This document shows, piece after piece, positions 25,069 to 38,179 of a DNA stretch of 64,000 nucleotides. Where the stretch lies: positions 47,652,596 through 47,716,595 of the forward strand of contig NC_068992.1 of assembly GCF_001194135.2 (NCBI RefSeq). The letters run 5' to 3'. The DNA is from Octopus bimaculoides. Lineage: Eukaryota. A model generated the notes under the pieces. It was given only the letters and a program-made list of their open reading frames with translations. It searched no databases and was not told where the DNA came from. Position 1 is the stretch's first letter. Each line of letters starts with the position of its first letter. A program made the position numbers and the translations under genes.

Positions 25069-25384
25069 GGAACCCGTTTGGTCATAATGACTGTGGGATT
25101 GCACCTAGAAAGTTACCCTCTGAGGTACAAGTCTAGGCAATGTTGTTTATGGAAGACCAGTAGTCATCCATGCATACCAGCCTCCCCTCTCCATGCCTAC
25201 AATGTTGTCCAAGGGAAAGGCTGATACAGCTTGGCATTAGTGACATCACAAGTAATTTCTACAGCTGGAGCAATGGAAAATAAAGTGCCTTGCTCAAGAA
25301 CACAACACACAGACCCATCCAGGAATCAAACTCACAACCTCATGATCGTAAGCCCAACACACTAACTAGTTAGCCATGCACCTT
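25069..25384 (-). mobile_element. SINE family B, full length
   Basis: Collinear with the reverse complement of 10122-10460. Confidence 0.85.
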
Positions 25385-25819
25385 CTTTACTATATATATA
25401 TATATATATATATATATCCACACACATATATATACACACATATCTGCAGGCATGCAAAAACACACGCATACTCACAAAGTTGTTTACATACTAGTCAGAC
25501 CTTGTCAAGCGTATGCAAATAGAAAGACACATAAGTTTTTAAAGGTAGCTCCAATCTGTGATTATTCAAAATCCGATGAAGCTAACGTAATGTATGTAAA
25601 GTATGATTCCTTATAAGGTAAATGGAAATAAAAACAGTATAAAGCAATGTAACAGATTCTAAACTTAATGGAAAGTATAAAATGAATACATATACAGAAT
25701 AAATGCGTATATAAAAATATGCACAGGTTTCATCTGATGAACTGACTGTTATTCTAAGATGATACAAATGATTGAAGTGACGAAAGAAATAATTTGAAGA
25801 TGTTATTGTTGTTCAGTGC

Positions 25820-26074
25820 AGAGATGTGTCTATGTGGTTAAAAAGTTTGTTTTTCAACAATCGGATGTTGGGTTCAGTCCCACTGCAGAACAACCTGAGA
25901 AAGAGTTTTCTTCTCTAGCTCTGGGATGACTAAAGCCTTGTGAGTGGAGATGGTAGATGGAAACTGACAGAAGTCCATCATATACATTCATACACCCCCC
26001 CACACACACACACATCTATATACATACACAAATATATACACAAATATATACATATATATACATACATATGCATT

Positions 26075-26117
<43 letters not shown>

Positions 26118-26245
26118 ATGCATATGTATTTATGTATGTTTGTATCTATAGGTATTGGGGCCAACTTGTTTGACCAAACCTTTCAAAGTGATGATGCAAC
26201 ACAGCCACTGCCCAATGACTGAAACAAGTAAAAGGCAAAAGATAC
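25820..26245 (+). mobile_element. SINE family A with expanded dinucleotide middle and partial tail
   Basis: Head at 25820-25982 (GGGTTCAGTCCCACTGC), tail at about 26155-26245 (AATGACTGAAACAAGTAAAAG). Confidence 0.75.
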
Positions 26246-26250
26246 ATCAA

Positions 26251-26284
<34 letters not shown>

Positions 26285-26299
<15 letters not shown>

Positions 26300-26570
26300 T
26301 GACTCAACCCTTTTCTTTTGGAGTTTAGGAAGGTCTCCGGATCAAAGAATTTTTCAGAAATTCTTGCTCTTTCGGTCAAGCAGATCTTACATTATTTGTT
26401 CACGTTGAGGTACCATTCTGGTTGTCCTAGGAGCCTCCATTTAATTACCCCAACTCTTTTAAACATAGCTGGCCAGGGATATGATGTTGCACCTCTCTGG
26501 TATCCAAAAGGATCACCTGTGATTACTAAGATGATGCTTGAATAAGCCGCCTGTGGATCCGACAGTGACA
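26285..26570 (-). mobile_element. Penelope-like element relic, GIY-YIG endonuclease C-terminal region
   Basis: Minus frame ...GVIKWRLLGQPEWYLNVNK*CKICLTERARISEKFFDPETFLNSKRKGLSQCA matches the PLE pattern I.W.IL...C.LCL.EK..I....LNKR.E..S.C.H. One in-frame stop. Confidence 0.65.
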
Positions 26571-27482
26571 TTGTTAAACTCCAAGCAAGTATTTAGTTTC
26601 TCTGAGTATATATATATGTCGATGTGTATAAACATATATTTGTATGTATGTGTGTGTGTGAATAAATATGTGTATNNNNNNNNNNATATATATATGCATA
26701 TATATACATACATACACAGATATTCACTCAGAGAGTGGGTGCTGGAAGGAGAGAAATCAAATTTCTTTGAATGTATTCCACAGACATTAAATGTCAGTGT
26801 TCCATAAGTACATAAGCAGCGTCCAAGATATATGGAATGTCAAATTGATCTCTTGCTGAAGAAAAGCCTAATAATTCTCTGATTTTTGTTTAAATTTATT
26901 TCCAGAGTTAGGTTTAATATCATGTTACGCCAATTTCAAACTAATTTTGCAGTTCCTCTCAACACAGCATTCCAAAAGACAAAGCAACATAAATGAATCT
27001 AGCTAAGAATAGCTATAGAAAGATTACAGAGAGCGCCATCTTTTTAGGTTTCTAAATCTCTTATTGCTGCTTGTCCATGCCAATAATGTAAGGAACCATA
27101 ATTCATGGCATCTTAATCAGAAATAGTAAATTATATCGTTGATCAGTTTAATTGTAGATATAGATAATATTATTTCTCATATCTAGAGTGATGATGTGAC
27201 ATAGAATCAAGAAGGAAATATTCAAAGAAAACTCTAAGTATGTTCTTTGAATCAATAAAAATAATATCCCGTAGAGCCACAAATTCATAATGGTTAAGAC
27301 TGACAAGATCATATTAAATAAATACTTTTCTCAAGATATGTAAATTAGTGTAAAGGTGGGTGTTGTGTATGAGTGAGAAAATGGTGACATTCTTAAGACA
27401 TGTATGCTGTCTTCTTTGTCTATGTAAATACATCATTAAAGATGCATCATGTTATATATTTTAGTTGATTTCATTCTTTTGG

Positions 27483-27523
<41 letters not shown>

Positions 27524-28601
27524 TACATATATGCTTTTATGTAGCTGTTGCTATTCTCGCTCACTAACTTTCTCTCTCTCTCTCCCTATGACTCTCATCT
27601 ATCAGCCTTTCACTCCAGTCACCCAGATTCTCTTCTGTTATTTTTTTACTGTTTCACCCTCTCACTTCAGTCTTCTTTCCTCACACACTCTTCTCTCAGC
27701 TGAGAATGAGAAAACACTCAGGTGCCGGTGAATGGATGGAGATGACAAATGCTGGACTGAGATATTTTGACTTGCTAAGGATGAGGCAACTTTGCTGGCA
27801 CTGGTGCCACAATAAATTGCAATGCCCTTGGTACATTCTGTAAAGTGGTAAGTGATAGACAAGACATACGAGTGAGACACAGTCTTTGACCTGTTTATCA
27901 TTGTAGTAACTCTGAATAAGATTTGACTCAGGCCATGACAACCAGTCTAATCCTCACCAGATTGGAATAACACCAGGTTGGAATAACAGATGTAAATTAT
28001 GTTGATAAAGATGATGATGATGATACATGTGTTTGTGTATGTATGTCTCTGTGTGTGCGTGCATGCATGTGTGCATTATGAACCCACCCCTCTAATGCTT
28101 AGAGGGGAGGATACCTAATCACAGTTCTGAGTTTGTTTCTAGGACCATGTTGTGCATTGTATCCTCAGGTAAATTGCATCATTCCCTTTGATCCAGGCTA
28201 CTTAGCTGAAAACAAGTGTCAACCAAGAGCCAGTGATTCCCTCTTGCCCTCCTGGTAGACACATCCTTGATATTTTGCTGGATCAAAAGTGGAAGGATTA
28301 AGGACGTACCTAAATCTGTTGGGACTACATAGGCACCTAAAATAATAAGTGAGAGCATGGTGCTAACTACCAAATCATACTTGCTTGCGAGTGATGGCCA
28401 AGTACATATATATATATATATATATATATANNNNNNNNNNNNNNNNNNNNNNNNNNNNNNNNNNNNNNNNNNNNNNNNNNNNNNNNNNNNNNNNNNNNNN
28501 NNNNNNNNNNNNNNNNNNNNNNNNNNNNNNNNNNNNNNNNNNNNNNNNNNNNNNNNNNNNNNNNNNNNNNNNNNNNNNNNNNNNNNNNNNNNNNNNNNNN
28601 N

Positions 28602-28635
<34 letters not shown>

Positions 28636-29694
28636 TTAAATGAGTGAACAAATGAAAATGTAGCTCTCGACATAGTTGTTGATGATTTCTTCTGGGTGAG
28701 AGGCTGTAAACAAATGCCTAGCTGTAATTATTAGCAATTATGAAGGAACAAGTTAGCTGGTGTTTAAATTCAGGAAACTAGTATTAAACTAGTATGTTAT
28801 CCATCATATGACAGTTAACTTTTGAACTATGTTTGCCATCATTTGTACTTTGAAGAAAGACTGATTATAGTTATTGCATGTTTGCCTTGTTTCTTAATAT
28901 CATTTGTTGCAAAAATATATATATATTAATATTAGCAATTATAGTGATATATTCATTTGAAACAGGTTGCTATAAATTTGAATTTAGTGAATACTCATGT
29001 GATTCATGTAAAAATAAAAAATGACTTTGCTAATAAAGAGCTTACTCAGTAAGCATCTAAAGAAAATATTCATTATAATAAATATTAAATATCTCAGAGA
29101 TTTTGTCAGCTGCAGTGAATTTTTCTTCTTCAGTCTGTATTATTCTTTCTCTCTCATTATGTGTGAATAGGAAGACTCATTGCATGCCACCAATCCTAGC
29201 ATTTGCACTCATCCTGCACCTCTCATGCTAACTCACTCTGTATCCCACTTTTACCCCCTCTTCTCTCTCTCTCTATTGATACAAAACAAGACTGGAGAAA
29301 TTAACCAATGACCCAACCGACATATCAGTCATTAAACAGAGATGTGTACAAAAATCTTTATTATCGATAAAAGACAATATGATCCTTGTTTGTAGTCAGA
29401 AGACAGCTACGAACTTGGAGGATATTTCAGTAAATTAAAGATTTATTATCTCCACTAATTACTACACTCACCCTAACTTAATCATCTAAATTTGTATCAT
29501 TAACTCCTTTCAGTAATTTTTCTTTGCTCCTTTAAGTTATTACTATGAAATAACCTCTCTACAAGAATGTTCTAAATTCTTTTTATTTCTGTAAATATGT
29601 AAAAAGCTGACGAATAGTCAAAGCAAGAATGAATTAGTCTGATGAGGTCAGTAAAGAGACTAAAACATGTATCCATATCATATGTGTGTGTTGA

Positions 29695-29850
29695 TGTGCA
29701 TATGACCTAGCAATTTGGCAAAAGAGATTGATAGAATAAGTGCCAGGCTTTAAAAAAAGTTTTGCGGTCAATTTATTTGACTAAACCCTTCAAGACTGTA
29801 CTCCAGCAAGGCCACAATCCAATTACTGAAACAAGTAAAAATAAAAGATA
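29695..29850 (+). mobile_element. SINE family A, 3' tail
   Basis: GGCAAAAGAGATTGATAGAATAAGTGCCAGGCTT...ACTGAAACAAGTAAAAATAAAAG. Confidence 0.8.
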
Positions 29851-29963
29851 TGTATACAATATATGTTACGTACGTATATATTATATGTATATAACATATG
29901 CAATATATTACATGTATATAATATATACAATATATTCCATATATATAATATATACAATATATT

Positions 29964-30023
<60 letters not shown>

Positions 30024-30608
30024 TATATAACACAAACACACTTGCTTGTGTGTATAATTTAAAAGTGTAAATGAACTATGAAGAAACACTTTTTAAGAGA
30101 ATTGAACCCTGAATCTGTTGTTTACCAGCTGCAACATTATCATGTTAACCCATTGTAACAGCAAAGAAATGTTTGTTCAGTTCTGTGTCATGTTACACAT
30201 GCATATTTCTGAGGGAATTCTTCACTTCAGATGTCTTGTTTGACAAACTACAGACCAACATTCCTAATTTGATTAGTGGAATCACAACTGTTTCGAAATG
30301 TCAAATGCCAGTGATTATTAATCAATATTGATTATCAATGGATACTAATTGATTTATCATATCTCCTCTGTTGATTTTTAAATTTTGGCACAACTGTACA
30401 ACCATGTAAACGAGATATGTAATTCTGAAGGAAGTGACTCTAGTTTATATTTGGCAATTATTTTTACATACTGTAGTCCCGCCCACATTCCATATACGAC
30501 TTAAACATCAATATGGCAACTGAAATTACAAGAAATAGCAGTTAAATCTCCCTAAAATCACACATTAGCAATAAACACGTTGGATAAAGTGGTGATACAT
30601 TTCCTACA

Positions 30609-30999
30609 GGAGGTGCAATGGCCCAGTGGTTAGGGCAGCGGACTCGTGGTCATAGGATCGCGATTTAGATTCCCAGACCAGGCGTTGTGAGTGTTTATTG
30701 AGCGAAAACACCTAAAAGCTTTATGAGGCTCCGAGCAGGGGATGGTGGCAAACCCTGCTGTACTCTTTCACCACAACTTTCTCTCACTCTTACTCCCAGT
30801 TTCTGTTGTACCTGTAATCCAAAGGGTCAGCCTTGTCACACTGTGTCACGCTGAATATCCCCGAGAATTACATTAAGGGTATACGTGTCTGTGGAGTGCT
30901 CAGCCACTTGCATATTAATATCACGAGCAGGCTGTTCCGTTGATCGGATCAACTGGAACACTCGATGTCGTAAGCGACAGAGTGCCAATAACAACAACA
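30609..30999 (+). mobile_element. SINE family C, full length, 12-bp TSD, nested in a family F copy
   Basis: TGGCCCAGTGG A-box-like head, (CAA)n tail, exact direct repeat ACATTTCCTACA at 30597-30608 and 31000-31011. Confidence 0.92.
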
Positions 31000-31478
31000 A
31001 CATTTCCTACACAAGAAAATGATAGAATGATCATGGATTACCTTTGATCATTGGCTTACTCAATCAAAACTGACTCGGGGCTAAGTAACAGCAGAAACCC
31101 AGATACACATCGGTTTATACATACTTACATAAACGGGGGAGGGCAGGCTTTGATACAGTTTCCAGCAACCAAATTCAACTCACAAACCAGAAGAGAATAC
31201 AAGGCTACAAAATGAAACAGTTGACCAAGTTATCACACAGAAGGATCAGACTCAGAAAAACATATAATAATAATCCTTTCTACTATTGGCACAAGGCCTG
31301 AAATTTTGGAGAAAGAAGTTAGTCGATTACATCAACCCCAGTGTTCAACTGGTACTTATTTCATCAATCCCGAAAGGATGAAAGGCAAAGTTGACCTCAG
31401 CAGAATTTGAACTCAGAATGTAAAGACACTACACTAATTATTCTACAGTTTACCACATTAATAATAATGATCATCATC

Positions 31479-31517
<39 letters not shown>

Positions 31518-33113
31518 GTGATAAATTTTTAACAGTTAAAAGGATACACTACCCAAAAGCAGCCATTGATTACTATGCTCACCATAAAGAGAGAGAAGGA
31601 GGGTGTGAATTCCTACAGATTGAATTGTCACTGAAAATTGCCACAATGGACGTCAACTCCTACGTTAAAAACATTAAAAAAACAAACTCTGATCTGGATG
31701 CTAAAACTTGTTTTCAAACATGAAAACAACAGAAGCAAATTATATTCGGTAACAAAAGAAGCAAGAAAATATTTCAATGAATCCCAAACACAAGAAGTCT
31801 CAAAATTAGATGAACTAAGAACAAGCACAGAAAAAGCTAAACACATGAAAATCCCCACAACAAATGCAGCCTTAAGTAATCTTACCAGAAAATGGCAGGA
31901 AAAAAAAATCCCTTCATAGTAAATACCCAGAGAGAGATGTCAATGCTGTAAAATCAGACAGATGGGTTTATCATACCTGTTCAAAAACAACGCCTACCTA
32001 CAAGAAGCTATCAAGCCAACAACTTAAAGAACAGCAGCAGCCCAACATGTTAATCATCATTATCATCATTATTTAACATCTGTTTTCCACACTGGCATGG
32101 ATGGGTTGGACAGCTTGACCAAAACTGGCAAGGCCGGGGGCCACCCCAGGTCCCATAGTCTGTTTTGGATTGGTTTCTACAGCTGGACACCCTTCCTAAT
32201 GCCAACCACTTTACAGAGTGTACTGGTTACTTTTTACATGGCACCAGCACCAGTGCTTTTTACATGGCACCAGTACCCACACCAATGTGGCACTTTGGTT
32301 TTAGGATCTCAATTCTGTTGTGGTGGGCGGGTCTTCTTGACTCAAGTGATTAAAAAAAACAGCCTGAAACCAGCAAGCACATTGTCTCCATATGTAGCCT
32401 TCTTGCACTCTCTAAGTATCCCAACAAGCATGATAGAGCTGGACTGTAGATCCACTGGATAATTTGCAAGGATCTGGACTTTCCATCGTAGAAACAAGCA
32501 GGAATACAAATGTCCTCTAGTGCCTCAAAAAGATATCTCACACTGATGGAACTTTTCTGTTCACACAAACAGACAAATAGATGCAAATAGGCCAGATATT
32601 ATTTAGAAACATCTCAGATTTGATTATTCCATTTGATAAAAATGTGTCTGTCTAGATCTACCAAATGCTGGGCAAGTACAAAGATCTTGAAATAAAAATT
32701 GACAAAATGTGGAAACTCAAATCTAGAACAATAACCATGGTTGTAGATGTCCAAGGAATAGTAACAAAAGGAGCTGATTATTACTTGTTTCAAATCCCAG
32801 GAAATCTCAAAATGGAAGAAACTCAGAAAATATTACTCCTGAGCACTGCAAGAAACTCAGCAAGAGGTTCTGTCTATATAACCCCCAAAACAAATTTTTT
32901 CACATATGAAATGCACATATTCCAAAACAATACTTCTTGCAAATCCATGATGGACAATTAAAATGCAAATCCCTCTCACCTTTCCCAAAAACATGGCAGG
33001 TATCAACCCTCCTAGTCGTAGAGCCCACCTGAACTTATAACTTGCTGTCTCTTGAGGTCTCTGGGTGAGATTTAGACTCAACTTGTACAAACACAAAGCA
33101 AAATCCAAATATC
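31518..33113 (+). mobile_element. 5'-truncated R4/Dong-like non-LTR retrotransposon (RT C-terminus, RLE, 3' UTR) within (TAA)n
   Basis: Broken frames: IHYPKAAIDYYAHHKEREGGCEFLQ; KWQEKK.LHSKYP; TDGFIIPVQKQRLPTRSY; ETSKHIVSICSLLALSKYPNKHD...IHWIIC; ANRPDII; KYKDLEIKIDKMWKL...QIPG...QKILLLSTAR. (TAA)n at about 31480-31516 and 33114-33161. Confidence 0.88.
32057..32345 (-). mobile_element. RTE-associated 3' tail repeat inserted into the Dong-like LINE
   Basis: CATCATTATTTAACATCTGTTTTCCAC...GGGTTGGACAG...TTTCTACAGCTGGACACCCTTCCTAATGCCAACC; Dong-like coding motifs resume after it. Confidence 0.8.
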
Positions 33114-33164
<51 letters not shown>

Positions 33165-33653
33165 GTAAGCTGTTTATTTCTCTAGATAAATTTGAAATGG
33201 CCGAGATTTCAACAAAATCTTTTCCTGTTAAATACAACATTTTCTGTTTGACATAAACATGTGTGTGTGTGTGTGTGAATATCTACATCTATCTATCAAC
33301 ACACACACACTATAATTGCAGATAAAAATATTGGAGAAACAGTTTTTCCTCTTTTCTTCATTATATTTGTATTTCCTCTATAATTCATGTCATCAATCAG
33401 GACAAGGTAAGTTTACCTTCTCTTTTTAAAGATTCTTTTGTACCTTTTTTTTAGTTTTCTTAATTTTTTAGTTTTTTTTTTGTGGAAGATGAAAAGAATT
33501 TTAATTAAATTCCAATAATCTAGATTTTTAGATGAAATGAATAAGTTATGTCATTACTTGTTTGTCATGTTTTTATTTGTAATTTCATTTTTCTTAATTT
33601 CTTTATTTTAATAGCTTGTAAGTATGTTTAATCAGTATAATAAAGTACATAGT

Positions 33654-33837
33654 TCATATGTATGTTATGTGTGTGTGAACATACATACATATACACACGC
33701 ACATTTTTATATGTGTGCATGAATATACACACACAATTATGTACACATATATAAGCATGTGTGTGCATGTATATATATTTGTACATGTAAACATATACAT
33801 GTAAATATATGTATCTATACATACATATACATACATG

Positions 33838-33917
<80 letters not shown>

Positions 33918-33925
33918 CCTATGTA
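33654..33925. repeat. Compound (TA/CA)n low-complexity tract
   Basis: Read directly; explains the overlapping spurious ORFs. Confidence 0.95.
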
Positions 33926-34789
33926 CATATTCTGGCAAATACTAGGCTTTCTATGTATACATATTCATGATTTATATTTTTGTTTAGTTGTTCTATATTT
34001 GTTTTACTTTTTTTTTTTTCCATTTCCTGTCTTTTTACTGAAAGATAATCATTTCCAAATTTTAACCAAATATAACAGATGGAAATTTATGTTCATCAAA
34101 ATATTTTTCAAGAGAAGATTCATTAATAATACACACACTCTCTCTCTTTCTATCTCCTTCAAATGTCCTGAAACTTCATTTAAATCATAGATATCAACAC
34201 TTTCAAAATTTTGTCATCATTTTCCGGTGTTCCCACCCTCCGCACCTCTGTCTTTTGCAACATTTATGTCTTGCAGTCATTTCATTTCATATCATCATCA
34301 TCTTTCATTAGTCCTGATATATATATTTTTTATCTTAAATTATCATTTGCCTGCCTACATATCTTGTCTTTATTTCTCCTGCTCTTCCTCTGTGTGTACA
34401 AATATATATATATACACACTCACATATATTTCTGCATATATACAGACATGGAGTATGCATTATATATTTATATATATATTATATATTATTCTTTAACAAG
34501 AATTAGTATTGACTGACAATGATGTTTCAGCTTGTTAAGCCCTCATTAGACTGTGGTACATATAAGCTTATAGTTCATCTTAGCTATATATAATCTCTGT
34601 TAAGCTAAAATTTTCTAAATTAAGTGGAGCTTTGTAACAAGGTTGTAGGGTAGATTCTGATGGAAGGGTATAATGGAAAATTTTTATTGATTGAATTTGG
34701 AGTTGAATTACTGTTCAGAATTTAGTCATGCATGCAGAACTTTATTATCAGGAGTGTGTATTTAAGTGTATCAGCTTCAGGTCTTGGGG

Positions 34790-34948
34790 TTGTTTTTAAG
34801 GGTTCGCCACCATCCCCTGCCCAGAGCCTCATGGAGCTTTAGGTGTTTTCGCTCAATAAGCACTCACAATGCCCAGTCTGGGAATCGAAACCGTGATCCT
34901 ATGACCACGAGTCCGCTGCCCTAACCACTGGGCCCATTGCGCCTCCAC
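34790..34948 (-). mobile_element. SINE family C, 5' portion
   Basis: Reverse complement matches about 30609-30760 (GGAGGCGCAATGGGCCCAGTGGTTAGGGCAGCGGACTC). Confidence 0.88.
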
Positions 34949-35467
34949 AGCTCACATCTATACACCAGTGTAAAAAGCATTATACTTTTTACATAAACAT
35001 TATACTTCTATTCCCTAAGTAGATTTTAATAATTATCAAAATGCTTTCTAATAATTATCAATACACCTTATCAATAGAACTTAATAATAAGAAATGTTTT
35101 CATAAAAACCAGAGTTTCATACCAAAAGAATTGTGAGGGATGAGAAGAATTGGTAAAACATGAAACAAAATGATTGTGTTTTGGCCAAATCAGGAGAAGA
35201 TCAGACAAAATGATAGTGGAGTTTCAGACAAAATGATGAGCTATATTTTAGTTGCATCTCTTTATAGGTATACAAAGTTTGATTCCAGCTGGATTTGATT
35301 AAACTAAATTTTTATCAAGCCCCACAGGACTGCAGTTGATATAATCCTATTTACTCCACCTCTTTCCATAAAGAGGTTTGTGGCATGTGTCTATCCTTGA
35401 AATCAATAGTTATCAAAGAATTTTAACTTGTTAGTTTTCTTAGAAATTGTCAGTCCTTAATCTTGCT

Positions 35468-35797
35468 GGCACTCCGTCAGTTATGACGATGAGAATTCCA
35501 GTTGATTCAATCAACAGAACAGCTTGCTTCAGAAATTAACATGTGAGTGGCTGACATATGTACCCTACTCCACAGATACGTCTACCCTTAACATAGTTCT
35601 CAGGGAGATTCAGCATGATACAGAATGTGACAAGGCTAGTCTTTTGAATACAGATACTACTCATTTTTGGCAGCTGAGTGGACTGGAGCAATGTGAAATA
35701 AAATGTCTTGCTCAAGGACACAACGCGTCCCCAGGAATTGAACTCACAACCTTATGATCATGAGCTGAATGCCCTAACCACAAAGCCACAAGCCTTA
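35468..35797 (-). mobile_element. SINE family D (B-like head, C-like tail)
   Basis: Head resembles family B; the 3' half (GCCTTGTCACATTCTGT...GACGGAGTGCCAGC) is shared with family C. Second copy at 56545-56860. Confidence 0.85.
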
Positions 35798-36610
35798 ATC
35801 TTAAGTTCTTAGATAAATCACAGAATTTAAATAGATCACAGATGGTACCACAACAGTATAACAGCAGTTCCTGCTACTAATACTTGTATGTTTTCTAAAT
35901 GTATATCCAGAGCAGGCAGTAACTTTAATTCTTTCATAGACCAAAGCTTTCATAGAACTGTGTAATAACGACTATTACCAAATGTGATTTACTGGGAAAC
36001 TGTAAATATTGTTGTCAATGAATTAAAAAGAAGGATGTTTGTATAAATTTGGGAGTAAAAACGATGTTTGGACCAAACATTTCTTAACAGGAAAGAAAAT
36101 GAAAAAGAAAAAAAGATAAAACAGAAATTGCATGATTGCAACAATCTACACTGGATTATCATTTATTTTTTCCGTGAAAAGTTAAAGAAATGGTATATGT
36201 AAGATCCTAACACAATGCACTAACAACTTGGACACTTGTAGAGAAATTTGCTTCCAATTTTGACAAATTTTATCAAGTATTTATCATTTACATTTAATTT
36301 AAAAATTGAAATAGCAAACAAGTAAATCCGTACAATAAATAATCTGCTAGGAATCAATTTAGTGCAGAGATAACATACATTGAAGGAATATAGAATGATA
36401 CATGTTTATCTCCCCATCTAGCTCACTCTTTTACAAATGGTAACAAATAAAGTATGCATGCAGACATCTCTCAACGTTGCGATAACAACAAATGCTGCTT
36501 CCATTAGTCAAAAAGAGTTCGCTCTACTTCTATTTTATTTTACTTCATTCCCCTACATTTTTTAGCGTCTTATATTTTTTGACATTTTATTATCATCATC
36601 ATCGTTGTTA

Positions 36611-36645
<35 letters not shown>

Positions 36646-37409
36646 ATTATTATTTCCATTCTGCATTTCTGATATCTTTTTTGTTATAAACCAAAATATT
36701 CTAGTGCTTTTCAAAACGAACAGCTGCATATGAGATGATATGTTTGGAAGCTAACATGCTAGAATGTAAAAACAATGGTTTTGACCTTTTTAACCTTATC
36801 ACAACCTTGGACAGACAAAATGATGCCAATTTTAAGAAGACGGAAGGAATAAACAAATGTTTTGAAAAAAAAAAATTTTTCCCTCCTTAAACTTGGAAGC
36901 ATTCCAACTTTGGTCAATATCACAGAGATTTATAGTCTATTTTTGTTGTCGCTGATTCACATGTCTGAACATAATCAATTCCATTTTTTAAGGCAGAAAT
37001 TAGAATAAACATGTTAATGCTTAAAGTGAAAATTGAAGTTTACAAAAAAAAAAAAAAGAGAAAAGAGAGAGAGAGAGACAAAGAGAAAGAGGAGAGAGAG
37101 GGATGATGATGAAAAATAAAAGCAAACTAAAATTGAAAAAAAAACTGCCAAAATCTTGTCCTTCCATGTTAACGATGTAATTAATAATGATCGACTTCAC
37201 ACCCAACCCTCTCAAAAGCCAGATTTTAATTATCCTCTCCCTCGATGCCTAACATCTATTTACATATGGTTGGAGGTTAGAAATAGCCTCCAATAGTTTG
37301 AAGCTAATAATAATAATAATAATGATAATAATGGTAATGATATTTTTCAATAGTCTAAATTATTAATAGCAACATATGTCAGACTACTATTATTTACTAT
37401 TATTATTTA

Positions 37410-37422
37410 TACTGACAGACAG

Positions 37423-37453
<31 letters not shown>

Positions 37454-37530
37454 GATGCATATATGCATACATACACATACATACATATGCGCACATCTAT
37501 TTATATTCATGTACATGTACACTTACATAT

Positions 37531-37565
<35 letters not shown>

Positions 37566-37850
37566 TACATTCATGAGTGTTTGTGAGAATGTGTGTATAT
37601 ATATGTATGTATACATACACATTTGGTGCTTTGCTGAACATATTGCACAATGTGGTAACATGCAAAGGTAATGTGGAAAGGGTGTGTGTGTGTGTATATA
37701 TATATATGTGTGTGTGTATGTACATAAGTATGTATATGCATGTATATATATGTGTGTGTGTATGTATGTATGTATGTATATATATATATGTGTGTGTGTG
37801 TGTGTGCGTGCATGTGTTAGTGTGCGTGTGTGTGTATATATATTATAGTA
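37410..37850. repeat. Compound dinucleotide low-complexity tract
   Basis: Alternating (TA)n, (CA)n and (TG)n blocks read directly. Confidence 0.95.
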
Positions 37851-38019
37851 TATTATATTTAAGTATAAAAATTATTTTTTTAAAAATGACCATTAGTAAA
37901 AAAAAAAGTGTTTAGAGTTATTTCCCTTGGCTTTTTTAAAACAAATTCTTTGAGATGCTTTAAATGAGAAATACACACAAGCAAAGCAAAAGAAACAAAC
38001 TAACTTCAAGGACATTGAA

Positions 38020-38022
38020 AAT

Positions 38023-38056
<34 letters not shown>

Positions 38057-38127
38057 AATAAAAGATAAGAAGAATGGTGAAAATGATATTAATAGTTGGA
38101 GTAGTAATAATAGTAAAAATTATTATT

Positions 38128-38179
<52 letters not shown>

